Shown: one piece after another, positions 36,255 through 50,981 of the stretch | Position numbering within the stretch: the first letter of the stretch is position 1 | Layout: every line of letters starts with the position of its first letter | Sequence record: MK562505 | Direction: 5' to 3' (one strand) | Length of the DNA stretch: 64,000 nucleotides | Source of the DNA: Shigella phage Silverhawkium | Program-made: the position numbers and the translations under genes | The notes under the pieces: model-generated | What the model was told of the DNA's origin: nothing | Seen by the model: the letters and a program-made list of their open reading frames with translations, nothing else | Databases searched by the model: none

Positions 36255-38618
36255 TTAAGCAGTTCTAACCCAAGCCATCAGTTTGATGTAACTGTTTAAC
36301 ACACTGAATGCAGAACCAGAACCAGTTGCACCAGTATTACCACTCACTGTATGGTTGTGAGCACCAATACCAACGTTGTGTGCATGGTTACCAGTTGTGT
36401 TGGTTACACCTGTCCAAGTTCTTGATGCGTGGAAATCAACTGGAGCACCATAAGTGAAGTTAGAACCTGTGAAGCCGTGTGAAGCCTGACTACCACCCAT
36501 AACAAACGCACCACTCGCAGTGTAGAATGCACCGTTATCACTTCTGAACCAACCAAACACACCAGAGATTTCCATGTTACCCCTATCATGAGCGTGGTTA
36601 CCTGCTGCCGTTGTTCCTTTAGTACCATAGTCGAACGTTGAAGTTGTACCAGAGAAGCTATGAGTGTGTGAAGGAATATGCCCTACAGACAGTGCTACAG
36701 AGTCTGCACCACCAACCTGCTTGATATCTGAACCGTTTGCTGCACCAATTCTGATAGTTCTTCCTGCACCCTCTGACAAATAAGTCCAAGTAGTGCCTGG
36801 GAAAGCAGTATTTGGGTTTGTGTTTGCTGCAAAGAATGTTACAATCCCAATTGGATAAATCTTCTTAAGGTCTGTTGAATCTGTTACAGCAGCAGCAATC
36901 TTCTGGTCAGTTTCAGCTTTAGTGTATGCACCAATATCTGAAGGTGTAGGTTTGTTCTTCTCTGTATAGAATTGGGTGAATGGTTCTTCAAAACCAAGAC
37001 CATCTCTTGAAGACCTATACCACACTCCACCATTTTTATAGTTGAATTTCAACTGTGCAGATGGTGTTGAGCTTGCCCCTTGATATAGCTGTAGGACAAG
37101 GTTAGTAGAGCCTCCAGAAGAAGTTGTTACATTGTAAAGTCCTGTTTTAGCATTCCAAGCAATACCATCTCCACCTCCAGCTTCAGTACCTGTACCAGTT
37201 GCACTAGCCAGCATGAATCTTGCATTTGCAGAGCTTTGAGTAAAGTATCTTGAATCTAGGTTAGACCAGTCAGAAGGTTGCACCTGTCCAGAAATTGCCA
37301 GAGTGGTATTAAGTTCTGCTGCTGAACCAATGCTAAGACCTTTACCTGTCTTGTAGTTATACAGGTTTAAGATATCACTGGCATCACCGTTACCAATATA
37401 CCACTTGCTGGTTCCATCAGCAGCCTTACCTCTAATGAACAATGACGTGGCAGTTTTTGCTTGCAACGCAAGGGCTTCACCATCAGAGTTGATAATCTGC
37501 TGTACAGAGAATGTGTTAACAGCATTAGTTCTTGCTAGGACGTTTGTCAGAGAACTTGGAACATATCTTGAATCAAAGTTAGCAAAGTCACTTGGTTTTA
37601 CTTGACCAGTTACATTAATTGCTTTATTGAAAGAAAACTCAGTAGCAATCTTAAAAGCAACGTTAGTCATCTGGTTAACCAGAGCAATCTCAGACTGAGT
37701 ACCATCTGCTTGACCAACATACCAAGTCCCTGTATTAGCACTATTGTACCCACGGATAAACAATGCAGCATTCTCTGTAGCTGCTCTTAAGTTTAGGGCA
37801 TTGCTATCTGCAATAACGTAAGTCTTACCATTAAAATTGTTAACACCTACAAAGTTGTTATTTGCAGACAGTCTTGCAAATCTCTGGTCAGCAGCAGTTT
37901 GAGTAAAGTATCTTGCATCTAGGTTAGACCAGTTGTTAGGCTGGACTTGACCATTAATTTCCAAGTTCTTATCAAAACTAGCAGAGTTTGTACCAAGAGT
38001 CAATGTTGCACCCTTGCTATTAACTAAGGTTACATCAGAGCTTGAAGTCAGGTTACCAACTGTGAATCTCAAAGCATTTGAAGAATCTCTTGCTTCAATA
38101 AATGCACCACCATCAGGTAGGATACTTTTCAGAGTCAGACCAACACCATTGATATTAATAATTTGTCTTGCTAAGAAAGTGTTTTCAGTTGCTTTCATAG
38201 CATATCTTGCATCATTCTCTGCATTTGTTCTCATGCCAAGTTCATTAGGAGTTGGTTTGTTCAAAGTGTGATAAACATTTGCAGACCTTGTAGCATCATT
38301 AACAGTAAGTCTCAAACCATTTGCATTAATTCTAAAAGTTTTTGCAACATCACCAAGAATAACCTCAGATGCACCTGTTGGGTCAAGTAAATCATTCCCA
38401 CCATAAGTTAACTTCACAATACCAAGATTACCTGTCATAGTCCCACCAGTTAATTGCAGGAATCTTTGAAGGTTAAAAGAGGCTAGGAAGTTTGCATAGG
38501 TCATTTTACGGTCTTCGTCACCTAACATGTCAGACCTTTTAATAATTCTTAGGTGAAGCAAATCTTCTGAGCGAACTGTATCAATACTGTTTAGTTCACT
38601 TAGCTTATATTCAGCCAT
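36255..38618 (-). CDS. tail fibre protein with His-rich (HxH) C-terminal tip
   Basis: 787 aa; C-terminal HSFSG...GNHAHD...GNHAHNVGIGAHNHTVSG motifs; C-terminus ...WVRTA. Confidence 0.7.
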   Translation of the reverse strand: MAEYKLSELNSIDTVRSEDLLHLRIIKRSDMLGDEDRKMTYANFLASFNLQRFLQLTGGTMTGNLGIVKLTYGGNDLLDPTGASEVILGDVAKTFRINANGLRLTVNDATRSANVYHTLNKPTPNELGMRTNAENDARYAMKATENTFLARQIININGVGLTLKSILPDGGAFIEARDSSNALRFTVGNLTSSSDVTLVNSKGATLTLGTNSASFDKNLEINGQVQPNNWSNLDARYFTQTAADQRFARLSANNNFVGVNNFNGKTYVIADSNALNLRAATENAALFIRGYNSANTGTWYVGQADGTQSEIALVNQMTNVAFKIATEFSFNKAINVTGQVKPSDFANFDSRYVPSSLTNVLARTNAVNTFSVQQIINSDGEALALQAKTATSLFIRGKAADGTSKWYIGNGDASDILNLYNYKTGKGLSIGSAAELNTTLAISGQVQPSDWSNLDSRYFTQSSANARFMLASATGTGTEAGGGDGIAWNAKTGLYNVTTSSGGSTNLVLQLYQGASSTPSAQLKFNYKNGGVWYRSSRDGLGFEEPFTQFYTEKNKPTPSDIGAYTKAETDQKIAAAVTDSTDLKKIYPIGIVTFFAANTNPNTAFPGTTWTYLSEGAGRTIRIGAANGSDIKQVGGADSVALSVGHIPSHTHSFSGTTSTFDYGTKGTTAAGNHAHDRGNMEISGVFGWFRSDNGAFYTASGAFVMGGSQASHGFTGSNFTYGAPVDFHASRTWTGVTNTTGNHAHNVGIGAHNHTVSGNTGATGSGSAFSVLNSYIKLMAWVRTA

Positions 38619-38663
38619 TTGTAAATCCTCTTATTAGGGGCTGTGTAGCCCCTTTAAAAATAA

Positions 38664-39839
38664 TTAAGCAGTTCTCTTCCAGACATATACAACATAAGAT
38701 GGTTGTTCAATATTAAATGCTTGTCCAGAACCAAATGCACCAGTTGTACCTGAGTGTGTATGCTCAGAAGACTGTACAGTTACTGTACCAGAGTGGCTAT
38801 GAGCACCAATTGCAACACTATGACTGTGAGCACCAATATACACAGAGTGGTTGTGGTTACCTGCTGCTGAAGAGTTGACGTTGAATGTATGTGTATGAAC
38901 ACCGTCAAAATCAGTGTAGGAAGCATTACCAACACCAGCATCAGAAGAAGCTGTGATACCATTAGAGCCGGGTCTGTCATTACCACGCAACGGGATTCTG
39001 TGACTGTGATTACCAGCACTACTTACAGAACCATTAACATTGTGAGCGTGATTACCACCGTCAGTTGTTGCCTTAGAACCGTAGTCGTAGCTTGAGGTGT
39101 TCTTGCTACCATAATCAAAACTTGAAATACTGACCGTTGCTCCGTGAGTATGTCCACCACCAGTTAAATACACCGAGTGTGTGTGACTTGGGATGTTGTT
39201 CTGTGTAAGTGAAACCGTAGAAGAACCAAATACAGACTCTACAGGTCTTTCATCAGAATCGTAACCAACCAGTGACCTTCCTTTAGAAACTAACTCCCAA
39301 GTACCACCACAAAGTAAATATGTAGCTGGGTTTGCAGGGTTAACTGATAAGTGAATAGTACCAATTGGGTAGCTATTCTGAATAGCTCTATACAGAGCAT
39401 TAACAGCCCTTGCACTAGCATATTTGTCAGCATCTTCAGAGTAAGAGTTTGTGTAAGTCCAGTTTTGGATATTTCCAAGACCAACTTGAATTTTAGTAAC
39501 GTTGTGAGGGTTATTCTTGTCATCAATGTGAGCTTGAATAAGTGCATTCACTTCATCACTAGAAAGGATTCCTAAGTTTGTTCTTGCCTCTTCAACACTA
39601 ACCACATCTGATAAGTTATTTGCCGCAACTAATTGCAGGGCGTTAATAACACTACTCAGACCAACTTGAGACTTTGTAACTCCATGAGGGTTATTTTTAA
39701 GTGATGCGTGAGGTGCAAGTAACTGCTCTAATGTGCAGCGTTTATCCTCAATACCTTGCTTTAAGTGAAAGATATCACTCATATCAATTGGCAAGGAAGC
39801 TTGAGGTAACGCACTAATTTGAATTTCACCAACTGCCAT
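38664..39839 (-). CDS. second tail fibre protein, paralogous C-terminal tip
   Basis: 391 aa; HTHS, GNHAHNV, GNHSH, HTHTF, GNHNHS, GAHSHS repeats; C-terminus ...VWKRTA. Confidence 0.7.
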   Translation of the reverse strand: MAVGEIQISALPQASLPIDMSDIFHLKQGIEDKRCTLEQLLAPHASLKNNPHGVTKSQVGLSSVINALQLVAANNLSDVVSVEEARTNLGILSSDEVNALIQAHIDDKNNPHNVTKIQVGLGNIQNWTYTNSYSEDADKYASARAVNALYRAIQNSYPIGTIHLSVNPANPATYLLCGGTWELVSKGRSLVGYDSDERPVESVFGSSTVSLTQNNIPSHTHSVYLTGGGHTHGATVSISSFDYGSKNTSSYDYGSKATTDGGNHAHNVNGSVSSAGNHSHRIPLRGNDRPGSNGITASSDAGVGNASYTDFDGVHTHTFNVNSSAAGNHNHSVYIGAHSHSVAIGAHSHSGTVTVQSSEHTHSGTTGAFGSGQAFNIEQPSYVVYVWKRTA

Positions 39840-39841
39840 TA

Positions 39842-40141
39842 TTAGCCCCCTACATATTCATATGTGTATAGGTTGGTTGTGCTTGTACTTGCAGTCCCTG
39901 TTACGGTATCAATCAGAGTCCAACCATTTGATACAAGGTCTGGTTGTTCAGTAGCAAAAGAACGAACCTCCCCAACCGTACCATTTACTTTATTAAGCAG
40001 ATAGTTGATAATATAGTTAAACCACTGACGACCCATAGGTTCACCCCTTAATAGACCAGTGGCTTGAATTTCAGGAGGTGGTAAAACTTTAAGCTGGTTA
40101 CCATCAGCATCAACTGTATCTGTAGACCATTCAAGAGCCAT
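39842..40141 (-). CDS. tail-associated protein (99 aa)
   Basis: position between baseplate and fibre genes. Confidence 0.35.
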   Translation of the reverse strand: MALEWSTDTVDADGNQLKVLPPPEIQATGLLRGEPMGRQWFNYIINYLLNKVNGTVGEVRSFATEQPDLVSNGWTLIDTVTGTASTSTTNLYTYEYVGG

Positions 40142-40998
40142 TATGAGCTTCCTTCTTGTTGGGATTTATCTTTTCTGCCTTTGATGATTTGTGCAACTTC
40201 AGCCATAACACCATAATCACCACCTGCAACCGTTTCTTTGCCAGCAATAAAGTAATCATTACTATTATTTGACTTGCTGACCTGCATATAATCTTTGCTT
40301 GTGCTATCACCAGTTTTATCAACTCTGACATAGCCATCTCTTACACCAGCATCTGCTAAACTACCGAGCATGTTTGCTTCAAGAGAACCACCTGTGTTGT
40401 TTGTGATAAGACCCTTGTTAGTGTTCGTAACAAACCAGTTATTCTGTTCATCTGTGATTGCTAAGGCTGAGTCAGCAACCTCTACAGGAGTCCACGCAGT
40501 TCCATTAAGTGTTACATCTCTCAAGATAACTGCTGAACCAATAGTTGTTGCAGCAATCTTTGAAAGTGTGTATGCTGTATCTACAACGTTATTCCTTGTG
40601 TTAACCCTGATTACCACCCCACCAGTCATTGGTGTAATATGCTCAAACACTTGGCTAAAAGTGGCATCATAAAGGGTCATAATAGCTTTCTGGAGGAATG
40701 CTGGAGTTGTGTCAGAACGTCTTAGAAAGATTTGGATGTAGAGGATTGCTCTATAGGTTTCGTCATCAGCACCAATAGGACGAGGGACTTTAATCAAAGC
40801 CCCAATATTGTCAAGCTGCTTACCAACACCTGTACGGATATTTCTTTCAGTAAATAACTGACCACTAATATCCTCTAATAATTGTAACTCATTTGTAATA
40901 GATTTCAATAGACTAGTGTAAATAAACTTATCTTTGAATTGAGTTACAGTCCTTTCATCCAATGTTTTCTCATAAAAGTTTTCAATCTTTTGAAACAT
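40141..40998 (-). CDS. baseplate/tail-fibre attachment protein
   Basis: 285 aa; position downstream of the J-like gene. Confidence 0.4.
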   Translation of the reverse strand: MFQKIENFYEKTLDERTVTQFKDKFIYTSLLKSITNELQLLEDISGQLFTERNIRTGVGKQLDNIGALIKVPRPIGADDETYRAILYIQIFLRRSDTTPAFLQKAIMTLYDATFSQVFEHITPMTGGVVIRVNTRNNVVDTAYTLSKIAATTIGSAVILRDVTLNGTAWTPVEVADSALAITDEQNNWFVTNTNKGLITNNTGGSLEANMLGSLADAGVRDGYVRVDKTGDSTSKDYMQVSKSNNSNDYFIAGKETVAGGDYGVMAEVAQIIKGRKDKSQQEGSS

Positions 40999-41000
40999 TG

Positions 41001-42470
41001 TTACTCCTTAGTGATTGTGTACTGTGAACTTTCCCAAACAGTATACTGGTCACCATCAATAGTCACCCTTGCTGTTGTATATTGGTCATCAGCAGGTGGA
41101 GTTGCTTGGTTGTTTGACAGAGCAACTTTAATCTCATTAATCTCAATACCCTGAATAACATCATAGATGTATCCATAGATTCTATTTGGAATTACGTCAT
41201 TACCAACCTTTAGAGTCCTACCATAAGCATTAATACCAGTTACAATTCTATCATGGATATCCTGTTCAGGGATGTTTAAGCTTTCTTCATCGTATAATGA
41301 GTAGGTTACCTTCACAAATACATACTTCGGCATAGGTCTACTAAAGTATACATTATGAGGAAGTCCACCTAAATCATATGCAGTACCAAAGATAGAGCCA
41401 TAGGCACGAATACCAGCAGGTTTTGTATCCCAGATTGCTTGTGCGATATTATCATTCTGACCACCAACAACGACAATCTTAAATGATTTTGGAGGTAAAC
41501 CATCTGACGTAGTAGTTTCTGTATCGTTCTCTACTCCAGAAGCATCAGATACACCTTGGATTCTCTTGACAGCAGCAACGATAGCATCTAAAGTACCAAC
41601 ACCAGTTACTGCAAGAGACTCTAGGTAGCGTTGTCTTAACTCTGTGTCAGTTTCTTCATCTCTACCAGTTGTTAGGTCATATCTGTTAAACACGCTATCA
41701 AGACCATCTACAGTTGTTTCAATCTCAATAAGTGTCCCTGCCAAGGTCTGAATAGCACCAGTTTCTTCAGCTACAACGTCACTAATAGTAATAACCTTTG
41801 TAAATGTTAAGAAGGTTGTAGCAGTAACAACCATAGGGTTTGTTCTCGCAACAATATCACCAGTGTCTTTATAAATTCTTAACAGGGAACCATTTTCAAT
41901 TACTTCTGCTTTTGCAGTCAGTCCACCATTAATAGCATCTGCTAACTCTTGAAGGAGAGTAGTGATAGTGTCTGAGCTAGTTGGTTGGTATGAGTATTCA
42001 ACGTTATCAATGATAATAACATAATTTGTGTCTGGACGCAAAGAGTTTACTTCTAAATTTGCTTCAACACAGTAAGAGGGTGTCAGTGTAAAAGTTGATA
42101 CAGGGTAAAAGATATTCCCTGCTGTACTTCTTAGTCGTGTTGTTACTGGAACCTGAGCACCAGTGTTACCACTAAATTCTGCTTGTCCTCTTGTAGCTTG
42201 AGCAACAAATCTATAGACAGCATTCAAAGCTGTTACATCGTCTAAACTGAAACCTTCAGCTTTATCAATAGTTCCACCATCATAGATTTCTGATAGAATC
42301 TCATGAACATCTGCAAGACCTCTACAAACCGAAGCTAAGAAGAGGCCAAGTTCACTATCTTCCGAAACGTCAAGGTTTGGAGAAATATCTCTATATAGAC
42401 TTGCTTTTACATCATCAAGAATCTCTTGGTATCTTTTTGTCTGCAAACCTGTACTAGTTAATCCAGCCAT
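41001..42470 (-). CDS. baseplate J-like protein
   Basis: 489 aa; size and synteny. Confidence 0.45.
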   Translation of the reverse strand: MAGLTSTGLQTKRYQEILDDVKASLYRDISPNLDVSEDSELGLFLASVCRGLADVHEILSEIYDGGTIDKAEGFSLDDVTALNAVYRFVAQATRGQAEFSGNTGAQVPVTTRLRSTAGNIFYPVSTFTLTPSYCVEANLEVNSLRPDTNYVIIIDNVEYSYQPTSSDTITTLLQELADAINGGLTAKAEVIENGSLLRIYKDTGDIVARTNPMVVTATTFLTFTKVITISDVVAEETGAIQTLAGTLIEIETTVDGLDSVFNRYDLTTGRDEETDTELRQRYLESLAVTGVGTLDAIVAAVKRIQGVSDASGVENDTETTTSDGLPPKSFKIVVVGGQNDNIAQAIWDTKPAGIRAYGSIFGTAYDLGGLPHNVYFSRPMPKYVFVKVTYSLYDEESLNIPEQDIHDRIVTGINAYGRTLKVGNDVIPNRIYGYIYDVIQGIEINEIKVALSNNQATPPADDQYTTARVTIDGDQYTVWESSQYTITKE

Positions 42471-42885
42471 TAAATATTCACCTCTTCATTAATTTCAACT
42501 TCATTAGTAGAAGTCGTTGCATTAAATCTCACCGAAACTTTCCTCAGTGCATTATCCATTGTTGAAGAGTAGTTATAGATGTTTGTTACATCCCTTGTAT
42601 CAACAAGGTAACTCTTCATGTAATTGTCAAAAATAGAAGTCTTTTGCTTGAACTTAGCAAGCTGTAAATAAGGGAAGCCAGCAGATGTGTTAAAGAACAC
42701 TTCACCAGCCCTTAATAGACACCTAATATGTAATCTTTGTGCAACCTGTGTAGCTTTGTCATCTTCTGGGATGATTCTAATCTGGTTACCAACAATTTTT
42801 AAATCTCCGTGAGCTACATAAACAGAATCATTTCCTAGTTTTGCTACGTAGTCACCGCCAAGGTTAATTGCAAAATCTGTTTTCA

Positions 42886-42886
<1 letters not shown>
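42470..42886 (-). CDS. baseplate wedge protein (W/gp25-like)
   Basis: 138 aa; synteny. Confidence 0.4.
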
Positions 42887-45629
<2,743 letters not shown>

Positions 45630-45630
<1 letters not shown>

Positions 45631-47846
45631 TATTCATCCTCTGGGTAGCTAGAGTTTAACAAAATATCTTCCTGATTCTTATCAGTGATATCAACCATCT
45701 TAGTAGCAATCTGCTTACCATCCAGATTAAACGAGACATTAAGAGTTTGCTTAGTTTGCATTGGGAATCCAGAAGGTGTCATCATCATAGGTGTCTGGTT
45801 AAACTTAGTTGCAAAGTTGTTTAGAGACTCAGACAGGTTATTCATAATAATATCCCAATTCGACAAACCATTATCAACTCTCTGAATATTTCCAGAGGCA
45901 TCTGTGGTATATTGTGCAAACTGGAGTTGTCCATTCTGGTCAAAGAACATAGGGCGTTTAGCATTGGTAATCCCAGCAGTAGCTTCGTTGAAAGGATTTG
46001 GTGTATTAACATCACTAAACCTCTTTCCAGCATTAGGGTCAGAAGACCTAGATAGTGCCATTGTTGCCAAGGCTACCTTTACTTGAGGTGGCATTAAAAA
46101 TGGAGATGCTCTTGGTGCAACTTTCTCAGCCACCTCAATGCCAAATCTCTGAAGAATCTTTCGTACAATTGCTGTATCAAAGAATCCAGTGATAAGCTTC
46201 GCCACTTTAGCAACGGTTGCTACAGCACCACCAATAGCAACAACCGTTGCAAGGAACTCTGAAGCTTCTTTCACTAACTTCTGCTGTCCAGCATCCATTT
46301 CCTTGTAATAACCCATTGCTGTGTAGTACAATGAAGAAATGCGGTACATAATATCTGTCACGAAGTCTAGAAAGTTACTAGCACCTTTCAAAAGGTAACC
46401 AATACCAGTACCAAGAGCTTCAGAAGTACCTAAAGAGCCTTGCAAGAACATTGCAACTGAGTTAGATAGCTGTGAAATACCATCACTAGAGTTATTAAAC
46501 AGGGCTACCAGAGTGTTATCCCACATAGCCTTTGCCTGACCCATAGATGTTGCTGTCTGCTTGGAAACGGCATTCATACCACCTGCTGCATCCACCAACT
46601 CTCTCATTTTCTCAGAGACTTTTGGAAGAACATCTTTAGCAAGCAACTTACCGTCTTGCATCAACTTATCAAGCTCCTGTGGAGTCTTGCCAATAGCATC
46701 AGAGAATAACTGAACAGCACCTGCTAAACGGTCACCTAACTGACCACGAAGTTCTTCAGCCTGAATCTTACCTTTAGATGCCATCTGTTGGAAAGCAACC
46801 ATGATACCTTTCAAGTCTTCATCAGATGCCCCTCTAATACGAGAGAACATTGCAGCATTTTTATAGAACTCTTGAGTACCCTGAAAACCTAGTGTTGGTT
46901 GAGCACCAGCAGCAAAGTTTGAGTACTGTTTCATAGTGTCTGTATAGTTCTGACCAATCTGGTGAGCGAACGTTGCAGCGAACATTCTAGCTTGCTGTGT
47001 ATCTCCACCAAAAATAGCTGTGGAAGCTAATTGTGCAGACTGTCTTTTAATACCAGCATCAATTGTCTTTTGAGCTAATTCAATCATAGCATATGCAGAT
47101 ACAAATCCACCGATTAACTGTCTCAGTGATGAGTTTGCTCTATCCTGTAGCCATGCTGATTCTTTGACTGCCTTAAGTCTAGCATTTTCTGCAATAACCC
47201 AACGTTTGGTTGTGTCAATGAGCTTTTTAACTTCCATCTCATATTCACCAACCTTTCCACTCCCTTTATACTTGTTATAGATGCCTTGTAAGTTTCCTCT
47301 AAAGGAAGCAGCCATTTGGTTTCCTTGTCCACCAATTGTTTCAAGACGACGAGTTAACCCAGAATAGAAGTTGTTATTAAACATCCTTTCCATCTGTCTC
47401 TGAGCAATATCCGGTCTTACTCTTGGTGAACCACCACTACCACCTGTTGGTGGAATATTATTACCACGGCCTTTACCAGTTCCACCACGAATATTAACTT
47501 TACCTTCAACATTCATAGCTTGTCTTAAAACCTTGTTAATTTCTTTGGCTGTTTTCTTACCTTGTGTCTCTAATTTACGGAGAGACTTAACACCTTGAGA
47601 ATCCAAGTTTAGGGCGTTATTTAGGGATTTATTGATTCTGCCCGAAGCAGTCTGAGCGTTTTTAACAAGTCTGTTTAAAGCTTCTTGAGAACTTTTATTA
47701 GGCTTCACATCAAAAGCTTTGTTAATATTTCTTTCAATACGTTGAGCGGATTGCATAGCCATCTTTTCAACTCTTTGTAAGCCTTTAACTACTTTTTCAC
47801 TGAATCCAAGTTCAACAATAAAACTATCAACTGTATACTGTGCCAT
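45630..47846 (-). CDS. tail tape measure protein
   Basis: 738 aa; long helical, Gly/Ala-rich, low-complexity; located after the chaperone pair. Confidence 0.7.
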
Positions 47847-48073
47847 TAAATTTTACCTGCCTTTCTAAGTTCGTTGTAGGCCATTTCTTCTTTGTATGAC
47901 TTTTGAATTTCAAGGTATTGACGAAGAGATAATAGGTCAACGAAAGTCATTGAGAAAAGTTGGTCAAGTGTTTCTTTACACCCTTCCATACCATAAATGG
48001 CAAGCACAAATTTCATCTCATCTGCTTCTTCATAAGTTGCTTCTACAGCCCCGTCAGTCAGCGGGGTCTGCAT
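47846..48073 (-). CDS. tail assembly chaperone, downstream ORF of pair
   Basis: 75 aa between the chaperone and tape measure genes. Confidence 0.4.
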   Translation of the reverse strand: MQTPLTDGAVEATYEEADEMKFVLAIYGMEGCKETLDQLFSMTFVDLLSLRQYLEIQKSYKEEMAYNELRKAGKI

Positions 48074-48081
48074 AGCATATC

Positions 48082-48489
48082 TTAAGCTTCCTGAGAAGTT
48101 AGGCTTTTGAAAATGCTTGCCTCGAAAAAACTTCCGAAGTTTGCCTCCAAAGCAAATGCCAAGAAGTCAATAAACTCACCATAGTTTGCTTGGAAGTAAC
48201 TATCAATTTTTAGTGGGAAATCATCTACCGTTGCTCCCTGAAAAAGCAACTCTGCCATTGAGTCAAGATTTAACTCATCAATTTTATCAAAGCAAGCTTC
48301 CACAAGTTCTTTGAAAGGAACTTTAGGAGCATCAGCATTTCCATCTTTTCCAGCAAGACTTGTCATCATCTGAGCAAATGTTGGAACAACTACTTTACCA
48401 AGCTTCATAGAAATCTTGATACCTTCTCTTGCACCAAGAAGAATGATTGTTACCTTCTTGCCGTTAATAATTTTAGTTTCTGTTTTCAT
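48082..48489 (-). CDS. tail assembly chaperone
   Basis: 135 aa acidic protein between tube and tape measure genes. Confidence 0.45.
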   Translation of the reverse strand: MKTETKIINGKKVTIILLGAREGIKISMKLGKVVVPTFAQMMTSLAGKDGNADAPKVPFKELVEACFDKIDELNLDSMAELLFQGATVDDFPLKIDSYFQANYGEFIDFLAFALEANFGSFFEASIFKSLTSQEA

Positions 48490-48566
48490 TGTGATTCCTT
48501 AAATTTTGGTGGTATAAAAACACAAAAGGGGAAGACCTTTTACAGTCTCCCCCTTATTAGGATATT

Positions 48567-49013
48567 TTAAACACTTGACGCAGGAATTGTTGAAGTGTAG
48601 TCTAGCTTCTCACAACCGAAAATCCAAGTTTTGGAGTTCTGGTCACGACCTAGTTCAATCTGTGGCAGTTCTTGCAACCAAGCATTAATACCTGTTGCTA
48701 AGACTGAACCAGATGGGTCGTAAATAACGAAGTTAGAAGAGATATCTTCTTCAAGTTCCATATCATCTTGTTTAGCTTGAATTGCAGAAAGCATCTGATT
48801 AGAGAGTGAAGTTTGCATTAACTCAATCTCAATAGTACCTGTCTTATCTGCGTTTCTTGTCAGAGCTACTTGACCACCTGCACCTACAACTGGCGTAACA
48901 AGTGGAGAAGTTCTCTGAAGACGTAAGAATGAATCTGGGGCAAAGCCTTCAATGGCAATACCATTCCAGCTACAAACTACATCTTTAGGGGAATATTGCT
49001 GATACATAGCCAT
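48567..49013 (-). CDS. tail tube protein
   Basis: 148 aa directly downstream of the sheath gene. Confidence 0.5.
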   Translation of the reverse strand: MAMYQQYSPKDVVCSWNGIAIEGFAPDSFLRLQRTSPLVTPVVGAGGQVALTRNADKTGTIEIELMQTSLSNQMLSAIQAKQDDMELEEDISSNFVIYDPSGSVLATGINAWLQELPQIELGRDQNSKTWIFGCEKLDYTSTIPASSV

Positions 49014-49028
49014 TCCTAATTACTCCTT

Positions 49029-50381
49029 TTATTCGTAAGCCACTGTGCCTTTCAAGTCAACATCCAAGATAGCCCCTGCAAGAATACCGTGGAAGGTAAT
49101 ATCTTTCAGAATACGTGCTTTCTTATCTGCCAATGATACTTGTGAGGCTTTAGGAACAGTAACGGTATAAGTAGACAAAAAGTTTCTGTTAACTGCTCTC
49201 TGAAGAGATGTTTCAATGACCTGACGAATACGGGTAATACCAGTATCATCATAAGTAATCTTACCACCCTTCTGATTAATTAGCAAGTCTCTCAGAGAAG
49301 TTTTCAAATCAGATTCTAACCAGTCAACACCACGAATGATATCAATCCATTCTCCACCAGAAGTGATACCTCTACGCACAACTGGAACGCCACCATCAAG
49401 GTCAACGAAGTTACAGCTACGTGCATCAAGAGCAGACTTCTGAATGCTTGTCAGAGGTCTCTGATTAGCTGGCTGCAAAGATGCTTCCACACCAGTTAAC
49501 TGAGCGTTACCCCAAGCAATTGAACCTGCATCATATGGAGCACCATATGCAATGTAAGCCATTTCTGGATAGTCAAACTGTGCAGTGTGATGCCATAGGC
49601 AAACTGTACGAGTGTATTTGCTCTTAGCAAGTTGTGCTGGTACGTCTGTAGCAGACTCTAGCTCAGTTCCTTGCAGGGCTTTCACATCAGCGTTAGCTGT
49701 GAAGAAAATCTTCTTACGAGCTTGAATCTCTGAAGCCATTGCCAATACAAACTGTGAAGTTCTATCTTCCGTGGCAATGAAATACCAATCAGTTGAATAT
49801 GCTTCGATAGAGGCCAATGCAGTCGATGCTGTGTCGGCAGTCGTTGCAGCTACTGAAACTGTCTGTGTAGTTGTGGTAACTTTTACGAAGTCATTGTCAC
49901 CAGCTTTTGTGATAATCATCGTTGCTGAAGAACCTGAACCAGTTACGCTAACAGATACACCCTCACTAATTGATGGCTGTGCTTCAATCTGTGTTTTGAA
50001 CTCTCCAAGAACAATTTCAGCAGTGTCGTCAGCTTTAGCTGTATACTGGAATGGCTGAGAAATACCACCACCAATAGCAACTGTCAGTGAATATTCTTTA
50101 CTTTCTTCAACTGTGTCTGGGATTGAAACTGTATACTGCATAGTACGTCTACCAATATACAACTGAGTTACTTTTGGAGTTTGACTCCATAGCTGTTTAG
50201 CAGCTTTATACGCAGCAGTATCTTCATCAAAGTCTTCGGCTACTTCAGATAGGGAAGTGTAACCACGAACTCTCTCTTCAAAGTTATCAGTTGAAGCGAG
50301 GAACAATGGTAAACCAAACCCTTCTCTCGTAGTCCCTGCTGTGTTCAATGTAATATCTACATTAACAATTGGATTCCACAT
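49029..50381 (-). CDS. contractile tail sheath protein
   Basis: 450 aa; size and position upstream of tube. Confidence 0.55.
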   Translation of the reverse strand: MWNPIVNVDITLNTAGTTREGFGLPLFLASTDNFEERVRGYTSLSEVAEDFDEDTAAYKAAKQLWSQTPKVTQLYIGRRTMQYTVSIPDTVEESKEYSLTVAIGGGISQPFQYTAKADDTAEIVLGEFKTQIEAQPSISEGVSVSVTGSGSSATMIITKAGDNDFVKVTTTTQTVSVAATTADTASTALASIEAYSTDWYFIATEDRTSQFVLAMASEIQARKKIFFTANADVKALQGTELESATDVPAQLAKSKYTRTVCLWHHTAQFDYPEMAYIAYGAPYDAGSIAWGNAQLTGVEASLQPANQRPLTSIQKSALDARSCNFVDLDGGVPVVRRGITSGGEWIDIIRGVDWLESDLKTSLRDLLINQKGGKITYDDTGITRIRQVIETSLQRAVNRNFLSTYTVTVPKASQVSLADKKARILKDITFHGILAGAILDVDLKGTVAYE

Positions 50382-50981
50382 TTATTTTACCCCTTTGGAG
50401 TCTACATCTAGATGGATAGTATATTCTGGTGGCTCCTGTCCTTCCTCATAAACCAATTCACCATCAACAATGATACGTTCAATAATATTTCCACGTTCAT
50501 CTTTTAATACTGAATTTTTTACAAGTGTTACAACAAGAGGTGCAGAATTTTCAAAGTCTGTGTTAAGATAAGTATAGTCATTTGGGATAGCTCCAGTGTC
50601 TAAGACTGTTGCTCCAGTTTCTTCAAGAATTAAATCTCTTGTAGTACTCATCTCTAACCTTTGTTTCAACTCAAGCATAATGCTATGAGCACCTTTACCA
50701 TTTACCGTGATTAATACTGGAATCTGGAAAGCAATTCTGTAACAAACTACATCATCTTCCACGAATTTATCAAGAACCCACCCGTAAGGTGTTGTAGCAT
50801 CTTGACAGTAAACAGTAATAAATGGCTGGTCAGGTTTTAAACCTTTATCATTAGAGTTGTCAGAAGGGTAAGCCCTAATAACATTTGGTCTGTTATTCTT
50901 ATCTCGTGCTAAACGGTGTCCAATAACATCTACCAAAGTTCTAACAATCCCTTTCTCAAGTTCTGCTGTTTCTAACTGCAT
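50382..50981 (-). CDS. tail completion/terminator-like structural protein
   Basis: 199 aa; synteny. Confidence 0.35.
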   Translation of the reverse strand: MQLETAELEKGIVRTLVDVIGHRLARDKNNRPNVIRAYPSDNSNDKGLKPDQPFITVYCQDATTPYGWVLDKFVEDDVVCYRIAFQIPVLITVNGKGAHSIMLELKQRLEMSTTRDLILEETGATVLDTGAIPNDYTYLNTDFENSAPLVVTLVKNSVLKDERGNIIERIIVDGELVYEEGQEPPEYTIHLDVDSKGVK

